64,000 nt of DNA from Pseudovirgaria hyperparasitica (Eukaryota), in the NCBI GenBank assembly GCA_010093815.1, contig ML996566.1; one strand, 5' to 3'. Within the stretch, counting starts at the first letter, position 1. Each line of letters begins with the position of its first letter. The position numbers and the translations under genes were made by a program. Positions 36,819-49,751 of the stretch are shown here, one piece after another. The notes under the pieces were generated by a model, which made no database searches, had not been told where the DNA came from, and worked only from the letters and a program-made list of their open reading frames with translations.

Positions 36819-38250
36819 ATGGGACTCGCCGCCATGCTCAACCTCGTCGTAGAATCATGGATCTGGTACGGCGTGACCGTCATCGTCGCCTCGGCCCGCT
36901 TCATCTCGCGCGGCCTGACGTTTGGCTCCATCAAGAAGATGCAGACCGACGACTACATCATGGCCGCCGCGCTGTGCACATACACAACCTTCCTGGTAGC
37001 CATCAATATCGTGTCGGACCACAACAGCAATCTACTGCCGCCCGGTTTCGATTTTGCGGAGCTGACGCCGGACGATGTGGCGAATCGGCAATATGGGAGC
37101 AAGATGATTCTGGTCGTCGAAATATGCCAGTGTGTGACCATCTGGGCGGTCAAGGCCTGCTTGCTGATTATGTACTATCGATTGACGTATGTCAGCCCCT
37201 ACACCCCTGTCCCTGTCCCCTATCCCTGTCTGTCTGTCTGTCTGTGCACTCCCAAAGTTTGGTGGAGGATGCTAATGTCAACACCCCCACAGCATCGCAA
37301 TGAAGCGCAACCTCCTCGTCAAAGCTCTCGCTGTCTATGCCGCCTTTGGCTTCATCTTCATGATGGTCTTCTATCTCGGCGTGTGGTGCCGGCCCTTTAG
37401 CAACTACTGGGCCGTGCCCACGCCGTCGCAATGTTCTGCCGCCACAAACCACCTCATCACAAACGCAACCTTCAACCTCTCCTCGGACCTGCTCATGCTC
37501 GCCCTGGCCCTGCAGATGTTTGTCAGCTCGCACCTCCCCTGGCGCCGCAAGGCTATCCTGTGTGGCATCTTCGGCTTGGGCGGCTTCGTCATCCTCGCCG
37601 CCGTGCTGAACAAGTACTACAGCTTCACCAGCCCCTTTGGTGGCGAGTGGACCTACTGGTACGTGCGCGAGAGCAGCACTGCCCTGCTCGTCGCTAACCT
37701 CCCCTACACCTGGACCCTGCTGCGCCGCGTCTTTAAGCTGCGCGCCTTTAATCCCGACTCGTCTGTCACGAACAACACTGCTACTGCTGGGATGTCGCGC
37801 AGTAAATTCTGGCACCGCGGCTCTGCCTTTGCGTCTGCAGGCGGCAGTGTCGACAGCGGCAGTGGCAGTGGCGGTGGCGGTGGCAGCGCCAAGAAGAGCG
37901 TCGAGTGGGCCGTGCGCGGCCCTTTCGAGCACGGCCGCCTGCCGAGCAATCTCGACAAGGACCTTTATCGCCTGCCGAGCATCGATGAGCCAGACAGTCC
38001 ATTTCCAGAGGGTCAGGTGTTTTGCGGGCCGCCACGCGGGTCTGTGGTGTCCATGCGAACAAGCAGTGGTGTCGCGCGACGGGCCAGTCTCGTCGACAAA
38101 GACCCCTATCGACTGCCCAGTCTGGACGAGCCTGAGCGTGCGATGCAAGACGGAGACGTCGAGGCGGGCTTGGATGGGATGGATGGGATGGATGGAGGTG
38201 GTGTGCAGCGCCTGGCGATGGCGCATGTGACCCCGGAGAAAATGGTGTGA
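36819..38250 (+). CDS. Pth11-like (fungal rhodopsin-domain) 7-TM membrane protein without CFEM, 2 exons
   Basis: ESWIWYG..ARFISR, DDYIM, IWAVKACLLIMYYRL, WCRPFSNYWAVP...QC, FNLSSDL, RESSTALLVANLP. Intron 37187-37291. Confidence 0.9.
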
Positions 38251-38727
38251 CGGGCTGGCTATATGAATTTACATGGGCGTTTTTGGGTATATACGACACG
38301 ATGCATGAGATGCAGCTTTGACTGGCGTTTGGGTGGGATGCTGGCATTTTTTTGGAACGAATTATTGAGATACCCAGACGGAACGGACGGACGGCATATG
38401 ATGAGCGTGGTGTTGACACTGTAGCTCAGGGGCTAGCCATATATTTGGTATTTGATACACGACATACATATACAAACAGCGATACACGAATGAAGAGTAG
38501 TACTGAATATAAGACACATGATACCTGTTTACCAGGTTCGTACTTTTGATTCGAAACATATATATCCACTTTTACCCCTTTTTTAATTCAACACGAATAG
38601 TTTGTTTGTAGAAACTCATTGCTTTTGAATCGCCATGCCATGCCATGCCATATGAACAATGACCATCTATCTGCGTATATACATACACATACACAACCAT
38701 GAAGCTCTTACTCACTCCCTCACTCCC

Positions 38728-40582
38728 TCACTCATCCCCCTCCAACGCCGCAAAATCCAACGTCCGGAACCGATTGCCCCGCGCCGTCGTATACTCGTCC
38801 CTCTCCAACGCGCTATCCCTCCTCTCCATCATCTCCTCCCATTTCTCCCCCCTTTTCTCTCCCTGCCCCTCCTCTCCATCCACACCCTCTCCCTTCTCCC
38901 CCTCACCACCACCACCACCACCACCACCCCCTCCCCTCCCCAACCACTCCTGCACCCCCACAACAACCCTCTCCGCGCCCACCCTCGCACCCCCCAAATT
39001 CCCCGCTCCAGGCCCGACCCTCAACCCCGCCATCTTCCCCGTCACCCAACACGGCACATCCGCCCTCCACTGCAACTCCTCCGTCAAGCACGGCAGCCCA
39101 CCACACGTCGCGATCGGATGCGATGCAAGGAGCGTCTGCAGACAGGGGATACTAGCCGTGCAGGTTGGCGCGCCGGTGGCGTGGTAGATCCAATCTACGT
39201 CTTCTACTGTGGCTTTCTCGGTGGGGTTGGTGGTAGACGTCGTGCGGACATTCCACGTGCGATTCTTCTCGTCGAATGTGCTGCATTCCCAATCCACGAC
39301 GCTGCATTCGCGGATATCGAGGCGGTGCCTCGCTTGCCAGGTGCGCAGATGGCGGGTAAAGGGGGGCGTGATACTTCCGCCGCCACGCGCCTGGGCGATC
39401 ATGGAGATGCGGTCCTGGTCGGAGTCGGCGCCGTAGAAGTATGCCTGGTTGATATTGCGGAATTTGCCCATCCAGGCGAGGTCGACGTCGAAGGGTTTGG
39501 TGCGGAGCGGGTGGCGGGCGAGGAGGGTGATTTTGGAGATGTTGTGGGGCGGGGAGAGGAGGAGGTGGGTTAGTTGGGCGGCGGTGAGGCCGGCGCCTAT
39601 TATGAGGGCGTGGGTTGGTTGGGAGGTTTTTTGTTTGTGGAGGAGGGGGGNNNNNNNNNNNNNNNNNNNNNNNNNNNNNNNNNNNNNNNNNNNNNNNNNN
39701 NNNNNNNNNNNNNNNNNNNNNNNNNNNNNNGGGGGTTTGCGGGGCCGAGGGCGAGGATGAGGGTGTGGGAGTGGTGGGTTGAGGAGGTGGTTTTGAGGGT
39801 GAAGATTGGGGTTGTGGGGGAGAGGGTTGGGTGGGTGGTGTAGGAGATGTCGGTGACGGTTGTGTGGTGGAGGGGGAGGGAGGAGAGGGCGTAGCGGGAG
39901 ATGATGGTTTGGCAGTGGTTTGAGAAGAGGGTGGTGGAGGGGGTTTGGTAGTCTTTGCGGTCGCGTTCTTCGATGATGATGCTTGCTCGGGCGCTGTGGA
40001 GGGAGGAGTGTGTTAGAGGATTGTGGTGTTTTTCCCAAGAAAAAGAGAAAAAGGGGGGATGTGTATATGTGATATCGTCAAGACAGGACAGGGCAGGACT
40101 CACTTCCCGGACGCGCGCTTCTTCTTCTTCTGGTGCTTGCTCAGCTCCTTGCCGACGCAGCCGCGGATCTCGACGAGCTCGTGCTCGCGGCCGTGCTCGT
40201 AGGTGTAGGCGAGCATGCCGTCGCGATCGCCCGGGTCGACGTGGAAGAACATGGGGCTGCGCAGGTGCTTGATGTCGAACAGCCGGAACAGCCGGTTCCA
40301 CTTGGCCATCCAGGTGCTGCCGGACCCGTCGAGCACGAGCGTCGAGTACTTGCGCTCCGTCCGGGGCGGCTCCGGCTTCGGCTTGCTGTCGGCGCCCGTC
40401 TTGCGGTTCTTGATCGTCATGTGCCGCGCGTGCCGCCGGATCCAGTTGTAGCGCTGGTGCTCGTCGTCGGTGAAGATGGCCGACGGCGTGTGTTCGCTGA
40501 GCCGGGCGGCGACTGCGAGTCCGCATGGCCCGGCGCCGACGATGATGATGTCATGTATGGTGGGTGGTGTTGAGTCCTCCAT
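38728..40582 (-). CDS. FAD/NAD(P)-dependent oxidoreductase (flavin monooxygenase-like), interrupted by an assembly gap
   Basis: DIIIVGAGPCGLAVAARL, IKHLRSPMFFHVDP, second Rossmann motif LIIGAGLTAAQL, ARGGGSITP, IYHATG, GGLPCLTEELQW, VGPGAGNLGGARVGAER. One intron at about 39996-40103. Confidence 0.88.
39651..39730. other. Assembly gap (80 N) flanked by G-runs
   Basis: Run of n characters. Confidence 1.
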
Positions 40583-40984
40583 GTTTTGCCGTGATTGGGC
40601 GCGATGGCTCCGTGGAAAACGTTAAGAAGGAGAGAAAAGAGAGAGAGAATGAAAGAGAACTGGACAAAATCACGGATTGAATCCCCTCAACTCGCGACTC
40701 ACTACTTAGTATGCATCTGTCGTGCTGATGTACTGCTAGTCGAGCACCGTGCTGGACAGGTACATTGATGAGACGTACATCGACATGGACCCGCCAAACT
40801 CGTCACTGTGGACTGTGCTACTCACATTCTCCATCGCAGGCCGCAGGTAACATGATTGCAAGAGATTTAAACCTCGCGTCTTACGTACCGTCCGTACGTA
40901 CCGCACCGAACGGTGACTATAGTCTACACTGTGGGCTTGTTGTACCCACACAGGCCAGCTCCCGTGCTATCGTCAGCATGTCCG

Positions 40985-42470
40985 TCATGTCCTCTTGCAA
41001 TAGTCTCGGCCATGCCGGACCTGGTATCCACAGAGAGCGACCTCGACGCCCATGCTCAAGAATCCTGCAATGCATATTCCCGCCGAGTCGCTTACCGTCG
41101 TCGCACCCAGACTGAACTCCCGGTCTTCGCGCGGCACGTTGTCGGTGATTTCTGCAAACGTATTCACATACACCAACCCACCCAGTAAGCCTTCCCAGAA
41201 GACGATTGCGAAAACGATCCAGACGGACGGGATGAAGTCCCAGATGGCGTGGGCCGTGAGCAGCAACAGATTCGCGACTTGCAGAAACGACGGGTAGTAG
41301 AGATGATGGACGCGCAAGAACGGTGTACTCGACCGTGACACGAAGACCCCGACTTGGTAGATGGCGTTGTAGGTGGGATAGAAGGAGCGGAACGCGCTGA
41401 AAGGAGATGACTTTAGGGGAAACAGGAGGGTCGGCGCCACACCTTGATTTATGGTATACTCAGCAATGTACACCAGCAGAAGTGGGAGCATGCTGGCGCA
41501 TGTTAGATTCTGAAAGATAGTCCCGTCATAGCCACTTACTATGGAATGAATAGTCCCCGAGCACGCTTCAGATTCGACTTGAAGTTTGAGAGTATGTCTT
41601 CCGCCGCCTTGGAGCGCTGGCTCCTCGCACTGCTCCCACTAAGGGACATGAAGCTTCGACCAGAGGTCGACACTACACTATCGCTCAGCAGCCCTTGGCC
41701 TTCTCTTTCTCCGAATGTATCGTCAGCAGCGTCGTCGTCGGGGCCCTCCTCGACTCTTTTGTATCCGCCATCTTCTCCCTTCCACAGCTTCAAGGGGTCT
41801 CTTGGTAATAGTACGAAGAAGCTTGCTAGCATAATCACTGGCATAAAGGCGCTGACCAGTAGGGCTGTCTTCACGCTCCAGCCCCATGCATCCGTCGCCA
41901 GTGCATATAGTCCTGCGCCCACCAAGCCCGCTCCACCGGTCCCGCTGCCCCACGCAGCAAGTGAGAAGTGCCCATAGTAATGAGTCAGCCCCAGGAAACT
42001 CAGCTCCCCTCCTCCAGAACTTAGACTGGCGAGCACCACCCCAGACATCTTGATGCTGATTGTGGACGGTGATTGATCTTGTGGGCTCAGCGCAATCAGC
42101 AGCATTCCGACCGTGCTTAGTGCCACGAATATGAATATCCGGACTGGGTATGGTATGGAGTGAATATAGTATGGCGCCGTGAGTTTGGTCAGGAAGGACG
42201 GTATCACGTCGAACAGGAGGACCGCACCCTTGGGTGTGGATGTGCCGACGAGATCGAGCGCTGCGGTCAGGATGATCACATACAGCACATTGTTGATCAG
42301 GCCTGCAGAGTGTCAACAGCTTGACACGTACATACGAAACTAAGACTACACATACCGAAGAGCCAGAAGGCTGTCATGACCCGAGGGTCGGCGCCTTGGA
42401 AGACATTCCTTAGCTTGTCCTTGTACACAGCCCACGATGCAGCTGGCGAGAACGGCATTGGAAGGGTCAT
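40985..42470 (-). CDS. BTN1: Battenin / CLN3 family vacuolar membrane protein
   Basis: [84 protein letters not shown]. Confidence 0.96.
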
Positions 42471-42720
42471 GGACGGTACGATATGGCAGGTTGCAGCGCT
42501 TTAGAATTTACCTCGTAATCACATAGCGAAGTGAAGTGTAGAATGGACGCGATCGCCTTGTCGTGAGTTCGGACGGTGCCTTGCACGATGGATGAATGTC
42601 ATGTGCCGGTTGAGGTTCCAACTCATGGATGGATGGATCCACGGTCGTTTTACGGAGCAGTCTCCGAACGTCAGCCAGGCTCGATGCTGTGAACCTGTCA
42701 AATCCATGAGAAACAACATC

Positions 42721-43491
42721 ATGCGCCCCAAGACGATACTGCTAGGCATATCAGGCCCTTCGTCGTCTGGTAAAACAACGCTCTCCCGCCTCGTTCGGAC
42801 GATCCTCCCGTCCTCGTTCATTCTCCATCTTGATGACTTCTACTTGACCGACGCGGAAATCCCAATCCGCAACGGCGTGCAGGACTGGGACTGTATCGAG
42901 TCACTGGATCTGACAACGTTTGAAGACTCACTTCGGTACATCAAAGAACATGGCCAAAGCCCACCAGATCTCGTGAGCAAGGAAGATCAGAACGCTGTCG
43001 GTGAGAGTGGTGTCAGCGCCGAGGCTGTCGAGCAATGGAAGAGCGTCGTGCGCGAGAATGAGCAGTGGCAAAAGCTTCTTGGGCTAAATATAAGCTTGAC
43101 AGGCAGTGGAGAGGTTCGAGTTGCCATCATTGACGGTTTTCTTTTGTACGCGGAAAGCATGCGAACGATACGCGAGCTGTTCGATGTGAAGCTTTTCTTA
43201 CCAACGACTAAAGCTCTCACAAAGCGTCGCCGTGAAGCAAGACAAGGCTACGTCACCATAGAGGGATTCTGGGAGGATCCGCCTGGGTACGTAGACGACA
43301 TTGTATGGCCCAACTACGTCCGCGATCATGAATTCCTATTCAGAAATGGTCTTGTCGAGGAAGAAGTAGACGAGGCTGTATGCGAGAAAGTACATATCTG
43401 TGCTATGCCTCGCGAATACGCTGAAGACATGGATGGCGCACTGACCTGGACGATGAATACACTGAAAGATGCGCTGTCGTCCCAGACCTGA
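42721..43491 (+). CDS. NRK1: Nicotinamide riboside kinase
   Basis: LGISGPSSSGKTT, LHLDDFY, QDWDC, IIDGFLLY, RREARQGYVTIEGFWEDPPGYVDDIVWPNY. Confidence 0.9.
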   Translation: MRPKTILLGISGPSSSGKTTLSRLVRTILPSSFILHLDDFYLTDAEIPIRNGVQDWDCIESLDLTTFEDSLRYIKEHGQSPPDLVSKEDQNAVGESGVSAEAVEQWKSVVRENEQWQKLLGLNISLTGSGEVRVAIIDGFLLYAESMRTIRELFDVKLFLPTTKALTKRRREARQGYVTIEGFWEDPPGYVDDIVWPNYVRDHEFLFRNGLVEEEVDEAVCEKVHICAMPREYAEDMDGALTWTMNTLKDALSSQT

Positions 43492-43761
43492 ACTTATATC
43501 AAGCACCAGTTCGAAAACATTGGCTGTGGCCGCTCGACGAGCCGATGCGGGCTTGTGCTCCAGTGTGTTTTCATGCAGCGTGCGACAGGCATCATTCTTG
43601 GCAACCCCTCACGAGGCTGCCAGAAACACTTGATACAACTCCTCTATCCCTCGACATAGTTCGATGAGAAATTACAAGCTGTATTCGAAATGCTACGATT
43701 TGTCGAATTTATTGTCTGAATACTGAATTGCCCAACGGAAAACGCTTTGCTCGTGAGCTTA

Positions 43762-46700
43762 ATGGAGACTGTAGTCGCTCTCGGTCTTGCTGCGAACATA
43801 TGTCAATTTGTAGAGTGCACAATCGCTGTCATCAAAGATGGCAAATCCATATACGACGGAGTCTCTGGCTTGACGAAAGAATACGACGAAGTCCAGAAAA
43901 GAGCAAGCAGGCTTGCTGAGGCTGGCGTTGCGTTCCGCAAGCTGAGAATTGCACAGCTTGGATGTCAGCAAGATGACAAGTTAATCGAGCTTACAGAAGA
44001 TTCTATCGACGTAGCGAACGGATTATATCAAGAGTTCGAGAGGCTTAAAGGTAAAAGCACGAACAGGGTACTACAGGCCGCATTTGGCCTCGTGAAGAGC
44101 TACGGCGCGCGTGAAAGGATTGAGAAAAAGGTGCAACAATTGAAACTTATCCAACAAGATATCACTTCGCAAGGCATTACGGTAATGCTGTGAGTTAGGA
44201 GGTCTTTGTTCCTGGAGAACTCGACTGACCAGTGACGTCAATGCAGGTCTGACCTGGATCAGATAAAGCAGCAAATGAAAGACGACAAAGAACAGAGCCG
44301 ACAGTTCCAGATACAGCAACAGAAAGGAGAGGCTTCCATATCTGAACAGATCTCTGTTCTTGCAGATTCGATGATTCGGTCCTTTAGCTCACAATCAACC
44401 GTTTCACAAAGTCCCCAACAAGTAATTGATCACATAAACACGCTGCAGGAGCACCATTCACGGTGGAAAAGAGACAAGGAGTTGCGCCAAAAGAGGTACG
44501 CAGCCCTCAGGTCTCTCCAGTTTCACGAAATGATGTCCCGAAAGGATGGTATCAAGAACGCGCATACCAAAGACGTTGACTGGAGGAAAAAGGAGTAAAG
44601 TCTCTTGCGCGACTGGTTGAAGCACGATGACGGTATCTTCTGGATATCAGGCATACCCGGCTCTGGAAAGAGTGTCTTGATGAAATCCCTCATAGATGGT
44701 CATCAGACAGAGGAGCATCTGCTGTCGTGGGCTGGGGGCGCGAGGCTTGTGATCGCCAGTCATTACTTTTGGGCAACAGGCCCTGCAATTCTGAAATCGG
44801 AGAATGGAATGCTACGATCTCTGTTATTCGAGATATTCCGTTCGTGTCCTGAACTCGTGGACAAGATGTGTCCAGCCAGTCTGCTCGAGTATCCCGGGGA
44901 TAACGCCGCAGACTATCCTTGGTCCCTTATAGAGCTTCGGCAAAGTATACAGTCTATAAATCATCTGACAGGCCAGTATCGCTTTTGTTTCTTCATCGAT
45001 GGGCTCGACGAATACGATGACGCCTCGGAGTGGTCAGACGAATCACGGAGGGTTGTTCCCACCAGTGTAAACGACATCATCGAAATCGTTAGATCCCTGA
45101 CATGCTTGGCTGGAGTGAAAGTCTGCGTGTCAAGTAGACCATGGGTTGCATTCGATTCTGCATACGGACAACGACCCACGACCATGATCAGCCTCGAGGA
45201 GTTCAACTGGACGGAAATTCGCAAATATACAAAGGAGACAATCTTACCAATTGCGGAAAGCCTTCGGGATAATCCTTATAACAAGAAAGACTACTACGGG
45301 CTTCATAAAATCATAGAATATATTATGAGAGAATCGAAAGGCGCCTTCCTTTGGGTATATTTGGTCGTCAATAAGGTTGTGGTTGGTCTACGGCATAAAG
45401 ATAGTATAGACCTCCTCACCAAGCGAGTCAAAAACTTCCCCTCGGACCTTCCAGGATTCTACAAGCATATGCTAGACAACATGGATCCGGACTATGCAGA
45501 AGAAGCTCGAAAGATCATTTCAGTCGCTCTCTATGCCTATTATACTGGATATGAACCTTTGCATGTGTTACAATACTCATATATATGGTCGCAGCTTGAC
45601 ACAACTGGCGACTTTGGGTTATCAATACCAACACCATATCGGTGCGAGTCTGGTATGGAAGAGCTTATTAAGCACGCCACTAATCAGTTCCTTTCACGCT
45701 GTCCCGACTTCTTCCATGTGAAACGACTGCAACATGATTTTCCACACGATATTGAAGTACGTTTTATCCATCGAACTGTCGCGGAATTTATACGTGAGGA
45801 AATGGTAATATCGAAGTCAGAAAGAAACATGGATACACACTTCGACGTATCTAGGTTTTTGGCGAACAGTTTTCTTGCTTGCGTCAAGACTATGTTAAAT
45901 TCACCACTGACTCGCACATTGGCAATTCGCAATGTTCGGGGCCCCAGAGCTTGGCCTGGCGCAACCCGTCGACTAAAGCTTTTACCAGCTCGGTATCTGC
46001 CTATCATTCGAGCAGAGCTACATCTTTGGGAACAATTTACTTGCAAAGTAGTATTGTCTCAGTCGGAGGTGCTTTATAGTACAATAAATCAGAAACCGCT
46101 TATACACCATCCGCGAATTCGTCCCGCTCAAGATGATTTCTGGCAATGTCTCCTCGAGGAACGGCGGCGCATATTTGACCGTTATCGATTGGCCAAATTC
46201 GCATTGGCGAATGGAGGGACTTTCCACTGGTATGTTAAAGAAAGGGTTGCCAAGAATCGGAAGCTTCTGTATGAGATGCTGAACTTCAGGACTCCTGAAA
46301 GTCTCTCTGCTTTCCTATCAGTACAAGGCGTGAACGAGCCATTATTCAGCCAAGAACAATGGACAGTCTTTAACATCGGAGCAGCAGATGCATACGCCGC
46401 AGAAACACCATGGGGTCTATGGCTGAAGCGACTAAGCCAGTACTGTGTAATCTGCGCCAGAAAGGACCAAGACCTCGGACGAGTTGGAGTAGCGACTTCA
46501 TTCATCGAAAGTGGTGCAGATATGAGTCTTCGTCAGTATTACGAATTTTCTGACTGGGCATCCGTAGAAAAATTTGACACCCCACCGGACATCGGCCAAT
46601 CTGTCAACTGGAGAGGGCTCCACGGTTGGACCAGAATTTCGGTCGCGACAATACCTGCACAGGTATGTTCGATTGAGAAATTGAAGGTACGTCGGAGGTG

Positions 46701-46884
46701 TGCAGAGGAGATACATCTGAGGTGGGAAGGCGAGCTTTCACCCAGCGAGCTTTTGTTGTTCTACTTCAGGGACGCAACTCATCGCCGAGACATTAAGGAG
46801 GCAATCGAGCAGCAATCGAGAAGGCCGGGATTAAAGCGGAAGTCGGTCCACCAGCAGAGGCAGAGCACGAAACAGACACCATAA
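43762..46884 (+). pseudogene. NACHT-domain (fungal NLR-like) gene with an in-frame TAA at 44596-44598
   Basis: N-terminal ALGLAANICQFV helical domain, intron about 44190-44246, then RKDGIKNAH..W..*SLLRDWL, FWISGIPGSGKS (Walker A), FCFFIDGLDEY (Walker B), KVCVSSRP, GAFLWVYLV, FIHRTVAEF. Confidence 0.8.
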
Positions 46885-47439
46885 GCCTCCTCCCACCCAA
46901 AGACGACAACGTCTCTGTGTACGGCTCACAGCCATCACCAGCGCCAAAATCCCTACTAAGTCTCATCGACCCACTGAGATGGCTACGATGGTTCTAACCA
47001 GGCACACGCCAACTACCCCTGCCGCAAAACACCCACAAACAAGTCCACACCGTAACTAGGCAACAACAGATTTACGGGCGTTGGCGTGTACGCAAGAGGT
47101 ACCTTCACACGGCGATATATATATATCTTGCCATGCTACATGTTTCTCCTCTCGCTCATCAGCTTCGCCCTGTTGTTTCCGCGTGAACTATGCAAACACG
47201 GGGGGGACTCGTGACGTCCGGTCCTAACTGTCGCTCTCGCTTGTTGTCCTGGACCTCTGGCGAGCTTTCTTTCTACCATCTCACCTGCACGACTTGGAGA
47301 ACCTCGGGGATCGTTCCGAAAGGAAACCCGCTGTCTGTCTGTGTGACGCGCCTCTTGTCTTGTGTCTGTTCAAGCTCTGTTGATCTTGGAGCTTTGGCTC
47401 GGATAGGGGGATGGGGGTGTTGCTGTGGATGAGGGTATT

Positions 47440-48380
47440 CTTTGTGCTTATGCTTATCTCTTTGTACGTAGTTCTTCTATAGCTTGCATATAACTCCTAT
47501 ATATCTCATATACATATTCTATGTTCTTTAATACACCTTTTTCTAACGTGTCTATTGGTATATATATGATATTATCTAACGATTCTTATATCTCTATATC
47601 CCCCTACATTGGCCCTTTCATATCAATAATAGTCTTAGGTATCTGGTATACCGCGTATACAGCAATAGACATAGTAGTACACTATATAGATAGATAGATG
47701 GCTGCATAGAAATGTAGAGTATAAAGCGCAGGCTGTACATATATACATATACTGTCTCGTCGTATATGTTCGATACTCGTATTCCTACGGAATCATAAAA
47801 AGATACAACGTTTTGTCTAGCGCCCGCTAGCGCCCTCACCAAAACCACGACCAAAAAACCACCTTTTACCATATATTAATCCAACCACGACCTTAATCAA
47901 AAATCTGACCGACAATTCTGTAGAGAATGAAATTCCGTGTAATTCTATATACTTTTTACTATCTGCAGCTGCGTCGTCGCGGACGAGTAGGGTTTACAAG
48001 CCTCTGGTGTCGCGTTTGGTGGCAGGTTCAAAAATTCGACTTCGCCGTGGATTTTCCGGCGTGCCTTAGTGCCTTAAATTCAAGACTGCACGCAGTCTGC
48101 CGGCCGCAGGCCACCCTAGTATTATATATATACATATACTACACTCGAATAGCCTTTAGCTCCTTACCATTATCAACACTATATATCATGCTTATTCCCT
48201 CTTCAAAACACACCAAGACAAAGGACATTATAAGCTCCAAACAAACCCCCCATTAATTTTGAATTTTTTTCTTTTCTTTTCTAAAATTGCAAAATCTACG
48301 CGAGCTACATCCAAAGAGAATCTCACAACTAGATGACAGAGTTACTCGAGTACAGGAAGGATGTAGAATAGGTCATTAGA
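47440..48380. other. AT/TpA-rich non-coding tract, possible RIP-degraded repeat relic
   Basis: Dense TATA/TAG dinucleotide patterns and no credible ORF. Confidence 0.4.
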
Positions 48381-48560
48381 ACAAATACATGGAAAAAGCG
48401 CGCCAAATTGGATTCTCCAAAAGATGTGTGATTGTTCGACGTTGCGTGTGTCGTGTCAGGCATGTTGTTGGGCGGCGGGTCTTAGGGTCGTTTTGTTTTA
48501 TTTCGTGGCGATGTGGTGGTATAGATTTAGGGGTTTCGTCGGATTTGGTGTGGATGGATG

Positions 48561-48652
48561 TATGTATGTATGTATGTATGTATGTATGTATGTATGTATG
48601 TATGTATGTATGTATGTATGTATGTATGTATGTATGTATGTATGTATGTATG
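48561..48652. repeat. (TATG)23 microsatellite
   Basis: Read directly from the sequence. Confidence 0.97.
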
Positions 48653-49066
48653 CATGTATATATGCACACGCGTATACAGACATGCACTATCATACGTCAA
48701 CCACCCAGCTACCACCCTATAACCCTACACGATCATGTCCATCTCAAAAAAAGGTTGCTCCGGAATAAGTATATCGTCGAAGCCGGCCCAGCCAGCAGCT
48801 ATAGACCAGCGCGTGCCCCAAGGGGACGGACTATAAAAAGCCGGTATATCGTCGAAGGTATGAGGGACAAAGGGACGGAGGACCAGCCATCTGCTGTAGC
48901 CCACCCCCAAGTATCCGACAAGTGAGCCCGAGAAGAATCGGCCGGAAGGCGAGACGAAGAGGGCATAGATGGCGAAAGCGAAGGAGCAAGACGAAGCATA
49001 AATCCAATCACAACCACCCCCCCGAGAACCCATGGATAAAGAGTGCGAATGCACCAACCCACCCCC

Positions 49067-49751
49067 TCAACCCCCAAAAAACCTCCTCTTCTTCACCACC
49101 CTCCCAAACCGACTCCTCAACACCCCATCCACCCCCTCCACCGGCGACGGCGTCTCCGGCGTCTCCGGCGCCGCCACCACCCCCGAGCCCGAACCCGAAC
49201 CCGCCACACTCGGCGTCCTCGGCAGCGTATGCGGACACACCACCATCCCCTCCCGCGCCCCGCCCTCCGAACGAACCACAGCCCCCCTCCCCCTCCCCCT
49301 CTTCAGCCGCGTCCAGCGCCTCGCACGCGCCTTCGGCAGCGCCCTCCTCCTCTTCTTCCTGCCCAGCTGGGCCAGCGCCTCGGGGGACAAGTCGCGCGCG
49401 TACAACAGGGCCTGGCTCTCGATTGCGGAGCGGAAGACGGGTGCTAGGCCGCCTGTTTTCGGTCTTGCGGAGGCGGAACCGGATGCAGAGCCGGAGGCGG
49501 AGGAGGCCTCCTTTTTCTTCTCGGCCTTGGCGCGGGCGGCGAGCACGGCTTCGAGCTCGGCGGGGGGGGCGGGGGGAGGGGGGGGGGTGGTGGAGGGGGG
49601 GGGGGGGGGGGGGGGGGTCGAAGGCGGAAGGGAAGGGGTAGTTGTGGATTGGGAGGGTGGCGCGGGCGCGGAGGCGGGATTCGAGGTTGAGGTCGTGGAG
49701 GAGTTTGGTGTAGACGGCGTGGGGGAAGGTGATTGTTGGGACGGGGGGCAT
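49067..49751 (-). CDS. Hypothetical basic/Pro-rich protein with an apparent frameshift in a homopolymer tract
   Basis: MPPVPTITFPHAVYTKLLHDLNLESRLRAR... and AELEAVLAARAKAEKKKE...FRSAIESQALLYARDLSPEALAQLGRKKRRR both show coding-like codon use but lie in different frames either side of the G-runs at 49562-49617. Confidence 0.5.

Noticed and set aside
48376..48925. ORFs with MYVC/HTYI repeats
   Set aside because: Translations of the (TATG)n microsatellite.
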